Assembly: GCF_000698785.1 (NCBI RefSeq)
Contig: NZ_CP007536.1
Span: 1,800,001-1,832,000 of the forward strand
Reading direction: 5' to 3'
From: Nitrososphaera viennensis EN76
Lineage (GTDB): Archaea > Thermoproteota > Nitrososphaeria > Nitrososphaerales > Nitrososphaeraceae
DNA length: 32,000 bases
Shown here in pieces: positions 7,296 to 14,217 of this stretch (its first letter is position 1; each line of letters begins with the position of its first letter). A program made the position numbers and the translations under genes. Under the pieces are notes generated by a model. That model ran no database searches. It was not told the origin of the DNA and was given only the letters and a program-made list of their open reading frames with translations.

Positions 7296-7480
7296 TCAAA
7301 ATCCCCCAACCTCTGGCAAGAATTCAAAGATCTCCTTCTTGAAATAGTAGATGCCGGCGTTTATCCATATATCATTCAACATTCCCTTTGAAGGAATCCA
7401 GTTACATGACTGCTGCGGTAGCCAGGATCCGGATAGGGATCGTTCTCGTTATCGTTGGTGGCGATGAACCCATAGGGACT
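7296..7480 (-). pseudogene. Remnant of a sugar-phosphate nucleotidyltransferase (NTP_transferase family)
   Basis: Minus-strand translation gives IWINAGIYYFKKEIFEFLPEVGGF* (INAGIY is the family signature). Upstream, in a different frame, it gives SPYGFIATNDNEND. There is no start codon, and the remnant is both frameshifted and truncated. Confidence 0.55.
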
Positions 7481-7587
7481 TATTGGCACTGCAGACACGG
7501 TATGACAAGCGCGCGGCCATAAGCAATTGGAAAATGCATGCCTTTGAATGATGATGCTGCTGTTTTTCTTATCAAAAAAAATACGTG

Positions 7588-7971
7588 CTACCAGCCTTCC
7601 ACCTTCAGTCCAGGTATGCGCTCAAAATGCTTTTTGTTCTTTGTGATAAGAACCTGCTTGTTGGCAAGGGCAATGCTGCCTATCAGCAGGTCCGATTCGC
7701 CGACAGGGTTTGACCTGTTGTGAAAGGCCCCGGCGGCCCTTGCAGAATCCCTGTCAAGCGCAAGTATGAAAAAGGCGTCAAGAAGTGCGTCAACCCGTGC
7801 AAGCTCTGCTCTGGTGTCCTTTGCATTGAAAGCACCCTTGTACAGCTCGAACGCGTTTATCACCGTGGTGTGCAGCGGCTCCTGCGCGGATTCGAGCTCT
7901 TGCAGCTTGTCCCTGGCCGCGGCATCTTTCCGGAGGTAAGCTACCATAAAGTCGGTGTCTAGGCAAACCAT
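7588..7971 (-). CDS. vapC: PIN-domain ribonuclease toxin VapC
   Basis: 127 aa. It starts MVCLDTDFMVAYL (first acidic PIN residue), followed by the conserved acidic/Thr pattern (ITKN). It lies 7 nt downstream of the small antitoxin gene. Confidence 0.85.
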   Translation of the reverse strand: MVCLDTDFMVAYLRKDAAARDKLQELESAQEPLHTTVINAFELYKGAFNAKDTRAELARVDALLDAFFILALDRDSARAAGAFHNRSNPVGESDLLIGSIALANKQVLITKNKKHFERIPGLKVEGW

Positions 7972-7978
7972 CTTTTGA

Positions 7979-8215
7979 TCAGGGGAGTTCCACGTCTCGG
8001 GTCTTGAAGCTCCTGCGCGATTCCTTGCTTGCCTGTTCGACTCTGTCTGCCAGCTCTGGCGAATACATTTCGTCCATCATTTCAAGCAGCCGGCGCGCGC
8101 TGCCCTTGCTTCCAGTCAGCCGGAGAATAACGTCCGTAAACGATTCTCCCTCCTTCTTTGAGGCTTTGAGGGCGCGGTATGCCTCTTCTGTGATTGATAG
8201 CGTTCTTGTCGGCAT
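7979..8215 (-). CDS. vapB: VapB-type antitoxin
   Basis: The small ORF is best started at MPTRTLSITEEAYRALKASK (ATG 8215), although the track extends it to 8239. It sits immediately upstream of the PIN gene. Confidence 0.7.
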   Translation of the reverse strand: MPTRTLSITEEAYRALKASKKEGESFTDVILRLTGSKGSARRLLEMMDEMYSPELADRVEQASKESRRSFKTRDVELP

Positions 8216-8232
8216 GGCGTTCTGTACAATAT

Positions 8233-8250
8233 AATACACATGTGTGTATT
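8233..8250. promoter_or_regulatory. 18-bp perfect palindrome upstream of vapBC (candidate operator)
   Basis: AATACACATGTGTGTATT is self-complementary. It lies 18-35 nt upstream of the vapB start, next to the TATA-like GTTTAAATA on the minus strand. Confidence 0.4.
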
Positions 8251-8980
8251 TAAACCTTAAAAACCTGCCAAAACCCCAAGAATCCAGCTGCCCGCCGCAT
8301 AAGATTGAAACCGAGCTAAGTGGAGAACCGCCGTCTCCGGAACCGAGGAAATTAGCTATTCATGTCAGACAAAAGTCATACTCTGCATTTGCCGAACGCA
8401 CACAGCCTGCTCGCAACCATTGATAATCTAGCCTGCATGACGCGCTCCCCCGCCCTTTTCTGCTCCCTGCCCATGTGCTTCTCATGATAAAGCGTGCTGC
8501 TCATCATCTGGATAAGGAAAACGCAACCGTGCTTGCTCTTACCGCGCTTGCCCCCAACCCCTGACGGGGCGCTCAGGAAGTAGAGAGAGTATGAGCATGA
8601 AAAAACATCAAGAAGCTTGGAGCAGTGATGGTTATGAGCAGAGGATGATGAGGAAGGGGCTTGCATGTATCTTTGATGAACTCTTTTTCTCAAGTTTCCC
8701 CACGAGCGCGCGCTGTTGTTACTGTGCCCATGGGCCTTTATACGATTTTGCCGTGGCATAGCAGATAGCACAAGGTGTGTTCACACATCAGCTACGGAAC
8801 AATCGTTACAAGGGTTGTATTCTGTAGAATACCACCCATAAAGCACACCAAGGAGCATAGAGGTAAGGATGCCCGAGTTTGGAGCAGTGTTGGCAGAGTT
8901 TGACAAGGATTGGGAGCGCTGCGTATCTTAGCATACTATATAATTATATGTCAAGATTGACCAAACTATATATAGCTTGC

Positions 8981-9685
8981 ATGCACATAATACAAAATGT
9001 GCAAGAGCTACTGAAAGGCGATGCATTCCTGTTTGCCCAGAGGCTGGACAATAGCAGCAGCGACAAGCCAGTCTATACTATGCAAGACGCAATTTCGGTG
9101 GCCGGCTCGGCCAAGACTGCTTACAGGCGTCTGAATGCTTTACAATCGCTTGGCCTTGCCAAGTACAGACGCGGAAGCTTTATCCTCAAAACAAACGTAG
9201 TGTCGCAGCCGGCAAACGTAATTGAAAAGCTTCTTCCATCCTTGGTTGCACTGAGCAAGGCCAGAAGGTTTGGACGAAACTATAATGATTCAGATATCAG
9301 GTTTGCAATGCAAAACATTTCTGACAAGGTTGTTACTTTAGACTACAAAGCGTACGAGCTTACGAAGTTCCAGACCCCGCTTGACCTGTACATCTACGTG
9401 CAGGATGTAGACCAAGTTGCCAGCTTTCTAAAAGAGAAGGGATTCAGGGAAGGTAAGAACGGCAGGGTTGTCATCCTGCCAAAAATGGGCGACTTTGAAA
9501 ACGAGATTGAAAGAGTGTATCTCGACTGCATGGCAAACGGCGAAAGAAGCACCATGGATGCAATAGCTATCGAGCTGCTCTACGAAGGCAGATTGAAGAC
9601 AAAAGGCCTGTTTCCAATCCAGCTAGTTAAAAAGGTGCAAGAAGACAGTGCTGGTGGAAAAATGACTGATTGTCTATTGCAATAG
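8981..9685 (+). CDS. wHTH protein, AbiEi-like antitoxin/regulator candidate; 3' end replaced by MITE sequence
   Basis: The ORF is open from 8879. ATG 8981 follows two TATA-like boxes (8934-8949, 8964-8976). wHTH-like segment: SAKTAYRRLNALQSLGLAKYRRGSFIL. The last 12 codons (SAGGKMTDCLLQ*) are encoded by the MITE at 9647-9725. Confidence 0.5.
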   Translation: MHIIQNVQELLKGDAFLFAQRLDNSSSDKPVYTMQDAISVAGSAKTAYRRLNALQSLGLAKYRRGSFILKTNVVSQPANVIEKLLPSLVALSKARRFGRNYNDSDIRFAMQNISDKVVTLDYKAYELTKFQTPLDLYIYVQDVDQVASFLKEKGFREGKNGRVVILPKMGDFENEIERVYLDCMANGERSTMDAIAIELLYEGRLKTKGLFPIQLVKKVQEDSAGGKMTDCLLQ

Positions 9686-9725
9686 AAAAACAGGCATCAA
9701 AATCAGCCGACTTCCCACCAGAACT
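9647..9725 (+). mobile_element. 79-bp MITE-like element, copy 2, with 8-bp TSD AAGAAGAC
   Basis: Identical to copy 3 and to the reverse complement of copy 1. It is flanked by AAGAAGAC at 9639-9646 and 9726-9733. Confidence 0.8.
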
Positions 9726-9761
9726 AAGAAGACCTACCATTATCCAACAGCAAGTGAAAGT

Positions 9762-10292
9762 ATGCACCCGCTGATCCAAGAAGCAATAAGGATAACGGAA
9801 GACATTGGAGACGTGATCTTTGTGGGAGCAGTCGGGATATTCTTGCAGACAAAAGCAACCAAGGAGTCGCAAGACCTGGATTTTGCAGTGGCCAAAGAAC
9901 TACGTGCGGAACTGCTGGATGAAAGAGGGTACTTTGTACGCAAGACCAAAGGGAAGGAAGCAAGGTACACCCCAAGAGGATACAAGATCGACATCTATAC
10001 TCGAGACGTTAGCGGCATACCAATAGACAAGATAATAGATACTGCAAAGGACATCGAGGTCAGAAAAGGAGTAACACTAAAGGCAGCAAGCATCGAGGTG
10101 CTTGCAGTATCGAAGTTCAGGGCTGCCGCAAAGAGGAGGGGTACTGACGACGTAGACATTCGTACCATTGTTCAGAGAAAGTACAAGCACATAGACTGGA
10201 ATGTTTTAAAGTCACTGACTGAAGGCGAGATAGAGTTTAAACGAATAAAGGACCAGATGGACGTGCTGCACCGGATGCAGCTAAGATTCTAG
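9762..10292 (+). CDS. Pol-beta-superfamily nucleotidyltransferase, AbiEii-like toxin candidate
   Basis: 176 aa. NTase signature VIFVGAVGIFLQTKATKESQDLDFAV. It is the partner of the upstream wHTH gene and shares its architecture with 24-707. Confidence 0.6.
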   Translation: MHPLIQEAIRITEDIGDVIFVGAVGIFLQTKATKESQDLDFAVAKELRAELLDERGYFVRKTKGKEARYTPRGYKIDIYTRDVSGIPIDKIIDTAKDIEVRKGVTLKAASIEVLAVSKFRAAAKRRGTDDVDIRTIVQRKYKHIDWNVLKSLTEGEIEFKRIKDQMDVLHRMQLRF

Positions 10293-10656
10293 CCGACTTG
10301 CCTACCCCATCATCGACAGTAGTATCGTGTACAACGAACACAAGCTGGCTGCAGGGCGGCTTTGTTTAAAAAGTGACTTAGCCACGCTCAATCAGTATCA
10401 TAAGTTCAAGATTCCCACGCTCAACTTCTGACTTTTTGCACAAAGCCCTGCAGGGCTACTTGCATTAAAGTAAGAGGCCTTTAACCACCTGCCGGAAGGA
10501 TGGACTGGAATTGACGTCTTTATCACGCATCCAGACGCGCCAAGGAGCGTCGTGGTAAAGATGCCGGACTTTGAAGCTGTGCTTGCAGAGTTTGCCAAGT
10601 ATGATAAGGATAAAAATAGAGAATGAGTCGCTCGAGTAGGAGAAATAGCAGTTTGT

Positions 10657-10688
10657 GTAGCTACGCCTTCTGGCGTAGCTACTTTTTT
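10657..10688 (+). terminator. Hairpin plus T6 tract (terminator-like)
   Basis: GTAGCTACGCC-TTCT-GGCGTAGCTAC forms a perfect 11-bp stem and is followed directly by TTTTTT. Confidence 0.45.
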
Positions 10689-10848
10689 GACGCTGTTAGG
10701 TTGGCTGCGGATTTCGGGCTTTCCGTTCTGGTGTTAAGTTACGGATGGTTTTCTGGCATGGAGAACACTTGCACATCGCAATATCAGCCGCAAGTTAACT
10801 GCCCGCTGGAAAGAGCAAAATCCGCAGCCAACCTAACAGCGTCAAAAA
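10684..10848. repeat. Long inverted repeat: 31-bp perfect arms separated by 103 nt (MITE-like or structured RNA)
   Basis: TTTTTGACGCTGTTAGGTTGGCTGCGGATTT (10684-10714) is the exact reverse complement of 10818-10848. The interior has further imperfect complementarity. Confidence 0.8.
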
Positions 10849-10989
10849 TAAAGAGGCAAAAGAAAAGGCGCTAGACCTGCTTTCAGAGCTAATAGACCAG
10901 GGTCTCAACCTCTTTTCCGTTGATTATACTATGCAGCTTGAAGCAAGACTGAGCAAAAAGAACATGAGCATAGGCATGGTGGGCGACTT

Positions 10990-12243
10990 TTGGAAAAAGT
11001 TGTGGCGACCAAGACAGATATCGCGACCATAGGAAGTCTCGACGCGAATCTGAAAGAATTAAAAATCTCGCTGGCGCAGGCACCAGCCACCATCCAGTAC
11101 ATTGAGCATGTGAGGGCAATGGACTTTCAAGCAAGCGAGCTGAAGGCGATTCACGAAGCTGTGGCCAAATTTGGGTCTGCCCAACAGATCCTTGAGGCCG
11201 TTAACAGCTATGGCTCAAAAATGGCCATCGATAAGGCGACTGCAGCATCGAAGGCGCAAAAGGAGAGAATGGATGCCAGCTTGGCAGATGCAGTGAATAA
11301 CTTCAAGGGCATACAGGAGAAGGTGCAGGCAGCGTCTCAGTCTCTTCATGTCCTGCACAGGCTGGAAAAGGAAGGTCTTACCGAATCTAAAATGCTTCAC
11401 ATTGAAAAGGTGTGTGAAAAGCTTGGCGGGCTAGAACAGGCGGAACGAAAGGTGTCTGGATATGTCACCCTTGAGCAGCTGGAAAACGAGATCAATTTGC
11501 GCAAGGACGAGTTACGGCAAATTGAGGAGAATATGGCCCATAGGCAAAGAGTCAATGAATTCGCTGAAAAGCTATTAACAAAATTCAGGTACAACCTGTC
11601 AGCCATTGACGAGGTCTATGCCGCTGCCGAGGCAAGCGGAGAACCCATTGAAACGATAAGAAGGATTAATCGCCTCGGCGATCTGCAAAAAATCGAGGCA
11701 GAGATAGAAAAGAAGGACAGGGAGCTTGTCGCAAACGAGATTTATTTTGAGGCAGCGACTGAGGCGACGCAGATTCTTTCCGACGGCACAGAAGCTCTCA
11801 AGAAACAACAAAAAGAGCTCATCGAAAGTATCGTGGGTGAACTTTCGGAGGCCTTCAAGAATGCCACCAACAGCATAGCAGTCGAGCACCAAAAAGGCAT
11901 AAACAGACTGAGCGAATTTCAGGAAAAGTACGCAGGCATTATGGCAAATGCCGAAGTCCTTGAAAATGAACTGAAAATGGCGAGGGTATTGATGACGACC
12001 AGAAACTTTCCTGCAGAAGTTCTCCAATGGCCACTAGAGTTCGCAGTACTTTTTCTCGAAGTGGCGGCCAGATTCTGCAGAGCCAAATCGGCCAATCCAA
12101 AGATTGAACTCAAAAAGCAATTCGAAGAAAAATACGGTTTGACATATATTGCATCGGCAAATATTGCATTTCTGGATCTGGTTGAATGGGCCATTGAAGC
12201 ACTAGAGTTGTACATCGGGCGAAGCAAGAGGGTGCTGCCATGA
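10990..12243 (+). CDS. Hypothetical long coiled-coil protein
   Basis: 417-aa ORF with an uncertain start (TTG 10990, or ATG 11119). The sequence is dominated by heptad-like E/K/L/A/Q runs. The C-terminal 80 aa or so are more hydrophobic and globular. Its stop overlaps the next start (ATGA at 12240-12243). Confidence 0.6.
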   Translation: MEKVVATKTDIATIGSLDANLKELKISLAQAPATIQYIEHVRAMDFQASELKAIHEAVAKFGSAQQILEAVNSYGSKMAIDKATAASKAQKERMDASLADAVNNFKGIQEKVQAASQSLHVLHRLEKEGLTESKMLHIEKVCEKLGGLEQAERKVSGYVTLEQLENEINLRKDELRQIEENMAHRQRVNEFAEKLLTKFRYNLSAIDEVYAAAEASGEPIETIRRINRLGDLQKIEAEIEKKDRELVANEIYFEAATEATQILSDGTEALKKQQKELIESIVGELSEAFKNATNSIAVEHQKGINRLSEFQEKYAGIMANAEVLENELKMARVLMTTRNFPAEVLQWPLEFAVLFLEVAARFCRAKSANPKIELKKQFEEKYGLTYIASANIAFLDLVEWAIEALELYIGRSKRVLP

Positions 12244-12605
12244 ATTTTGATACCATTGACCGCCATATCCAAGAGCTGACTGCCATAAAGAACTATGACA
12301 TGGTAGTTGCTGCTGGAGAGAAAGTTCTCGAAGAAAACGATAAACTGAAGAAAAAGATCGAAGAACTCGAGAAGAAAACATACGCAGACATGCTCAACGA
12401 AATAGATCAGATAATCAGAGAGATGCTAAAGGAAGAGCCCAGCCTCTCAAAAGAAGTAATAGAATCGGGCATCCTAGAAAGGATAGAGGAATTAGTTGCG
12501 ATTCATCACTTTAGGCGATCTAATATTCCCCTTATCGTAGAAGGTGTGATAGATATGGTTTCTGAAAGGTTGGCTCCCGTAGAAAAAAACGAAGATGCAA
12601 AATAA
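12240..12605 (+). CDS. Hypothetical small coiled-coil protein, translationally coupled to the upstream gene
   Basis: 121 aa. ATGA start/stop overlap with the upstream gene. Coiled-coil segment: ENDKLKKKIEELEKKTYADMLNEIDQIIREMLKEE. Confidence 0.55.
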   Translation: MNFDTIDRHIQELTAIKNYDMVVAAGEKVLEENDKLKKKIEELEKKTYADMLNEIDQIIREMLKEEPSLSKEVIESGILERIEELVAIHHFRRSNIPLIVEGVIDMVSERLAPVEKNEDAK

Positions 12606-12694
12606 TGCACTGTCAAGTTTTCGTCAGATCCAATTTTATCTCAAAACTAATCCATCCTACAAATTCTTGACAATACTCAAATGTTAGCTATTTA

Positions 12695-12727
12695 TTAACA
12701 AGTGTTAACAAATTAACAACATAACAA
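12695..12727 (+). promoter_or_regulatory. Four tandem TTAACAA/TAACAA repeats upstream of the wHTH-MNT gene
   Basis: ATTAACAAGTGTTAACAAATTAACAACATAACAAG. The repeat starts are at about 12695, 12705, 12713 and 12722, and the run ends 14 nt before ATG 12741. Confidence 0.35.
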
Positions 12728-12740
12728 GTTGGCAAGTAGC

Positions 12741-13346
12741 ATGTTAGAACAACTCTTTACTTCAAAAGCTAGAGTGAAGGTCCTAGAAACGTTCCTAGTA
12801 ACTTCGAGCGATGCAGAAATGCACATCAGAGAGCTGGCCAGAGAATTAAACACTTCTCCACCGCACATCATGAAGGTTCTTGAAAGCCTGACAAACCTAG
12901 GCATACTGACAAAAGTAAGAAGAGGAAATATGGTATTTTACAAACTCAATAAATCTTCAACCATAGCTGAAGATATCAAGAGAATTCTACTAAAGACCGA
13001 AAGCCTAGGTTACGAATTTCAGAAGCTTCTGAAAGCATCAGACAAACAAAGTATCAGATACGCACTGATATATGGGTCATTTGCAAAAGGAACTGAAGTC
13101 ACCAGTAGTGACATAGATCTATTGGTGATAGGTGATATAGACGAGGATGAAGTCGTGAAAACCGTATTGAAGGCCCAGAAGAGGATAGGACGCGAGATAA
13201 ACTATATTGTCTGGAACGAAAAAGAATTCGCAGAAAAGATTCGTTCAGAAGCCGTGCTTTTACGCGAAATTGCAAAGACCCCAGTTATAATGCTAATTGG
13301 TGACGAACATGAGTTTAAGCGATCTATCAAAGAAGCGCATAATTGA
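12741..13346 (+). CDS. wHTH-fused minimal nucleotidyltransferase (MNT, antitoxin-like partner of HEPN)
   Basis: N-terminal wHTH (MHIRELARELNTSPPHIMKVLESLTNLGIL). Classic MNT motif YGSFAKGTEVTSSDIDLLVIGD. The start is taken at MLEQLF. Confidence 0.8.
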   Translation: MLEQLFTSKARVKVLETFLVTSSDAEMHIRELARELNTSPPHIMKVLESLTNLGILTKVRRGNMVFYKLNKSSTIAEDIKRILLKTESLGYEFQKLLKASDKQSIRYALIYGSFAKGTEVTSSDIDLLVIGDIDEDEVVKTVLKAQKRIGREINYIVWNEKEFAEKIRSEAVLLREIAKTPVIMLIGDEHEFKRSIKEAHN

Positions 13347-13740
13347 ACAATTCAGGTCTGAACCTCAACAGGTAAGGGACCAGATGGATCTAGCGAGAGC
13401 GAAGCTCAAATCTGCAAAGAATATTCTCGGTATAAATGAATGGGAGGAGGCCCACAATGCAGCTTATCACGCCATGCAGGCAGCAGGAAGGGCACTAATG
13501 TATGATAAAGGGTACAGACCGATGAGTGCCGATCACCATGTTGCAGTCATACTCTTCGTTCAAGCAGTTCATGGCAACAAGTTCGGACCTGAAGTCCTCA
13601 AAGCGTTCGACAATGCAAGGAAGAAGAGGAGCGAGTCGCTTTATGACGCAGCAGACACCATTTCTCCTACACAGGCCAAGAACCTTGTCACCAAGGCTGA
13701 ATTTTTCGTGTCAAAAGCGGCCGCAATATTGAAACTCTAG
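13309..13740 (+). CDS. HEPN-domain protein (toxin-like partner of MNT)
   Basis: About 143 aa, all-helical. EEAHNAAYHAMQAAGRALMYDKGYRPMSADHHVAV and ARKKRSESLYD resemble the HEPN fold. It overlaps the MNT gene's 3' end. Confidence 0.7.
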   Translation: MSLSDLSKKRIIEQFRSEPQQVRDQMDLARAKLKSAKNILGINEWEEAHNAAYHAMQAAGRALMYDKGYRPMSADHHVAVILFVQAVHGNKFGPEVLKAFDNARKKRSESLYDAADTISPTQAKNLVTKAEFFVSKAAAILKL

Positions 13741-14098
13741 ACTTCGCCTTTCCTCCTTTTCAGGTATGCTTCTCTCAATTTCCTAAACCAGAGTGGCATC
13801 ATCGCCAGAATTTCAGGTTCCATGTCTTCCTGCAAGATACTCTTTTTCATCAATATCAGGATGGAAATCTATAGAGAATTAAGTGGTGGTCATGCGTTGC
13901 CGTTTCTCTCTATCGGAAATCCACCCCCGTCAATAATGCCAGCAGCACCGGCACCGCGAGCGCGTGCCGGATTGCCGGCCGCATCATTGCTCGGCTCCTA
14001 CGATGATAGAAGTACAATGTAGGTCATGTTGTCAAAATACATCTTCTTCACCTTGTGAAGGTCGTCAGTGAACGCGAGATATAATCCATCATTGCTGT

Positions 14099-14177
14099 AG
14101 TGCTGGTGGAAAAATGACTGATTGTCTATTGCAATAGAAAAACAGGCATCAAAATCAGCCGACTTCCCACCAGAACT
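14099..14177 (+). mobile_element. 79-bp MITE-like element, copy 3
   Basis: Identical to copy 2. Its left flank ATTGCTGT is the reverse complement of the left flank of copy 1 (ACAGCAAT). Confidence 0.75.
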
Positions 14178-14217
14178 TTGGTCAGAGTTTAGGCAACTCT
14201 GCGTCTACTCTTTGGAT

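Noticed and set aside
8376-8771. 131-aa minus-strand ORF in the 8240-8980 gap
   Set aside because: The composition is odd (runs of S, H, C, R) and I see no motif or promoter. I cannot support it as a gene. No RNase P, SRP or tRNA signatures were seen in the gap either. The region is treated as noncoding or decayed.
9627-9994. Three minus-strand ORFs (9627-9872, 9724-9975, 9740-9994)
   Set aside because: They overlap the MITE and the 5' part of the NTase gene on the opposite strand and have low-complexity translations. These are shadow ORFs.
10623-10874. 83-aa plus-strand ORF
   Set aside because: It is generated by reading through the 31-bp inverted-repeat arms and their spacer, and the two arms encode mirror peptides. 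It is better explained as a repeat or structured element.
10931-11032. 33-aa ORF (MQLEARLSKKNMSIGMVGDFWKKLWRPRQISRP*) overlapping the start of the coiled-coil gene
   Set aside because: It is too short, has no motif, and is out of frame with the long ORF. It is noted only because it affects where the 417-aa gene really starts.
13822-14022. 66-aa plus-strand ORF, and fragments readable on the minus strand of 13741-14098
   Set aside because: Pro/Ala-rich low-complexity sequence. Minus-strand reading gives only short stop-interrupted pieces (for example SNDGLYLAFTDDLHKVKKMYFDNMTYIVLLSS*) that I cannot assign. It is probably decayed sequence next to the MITE.
4985-14177. The MITE-bounded 9.2-kb block as a composite transposon
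   Set aside because: The outer flanks (ACAGCAAT on the left, TTGGTCAG on the right) are not a direct repeat. The flank pattern fits an inversion better than en-bloc transposition.
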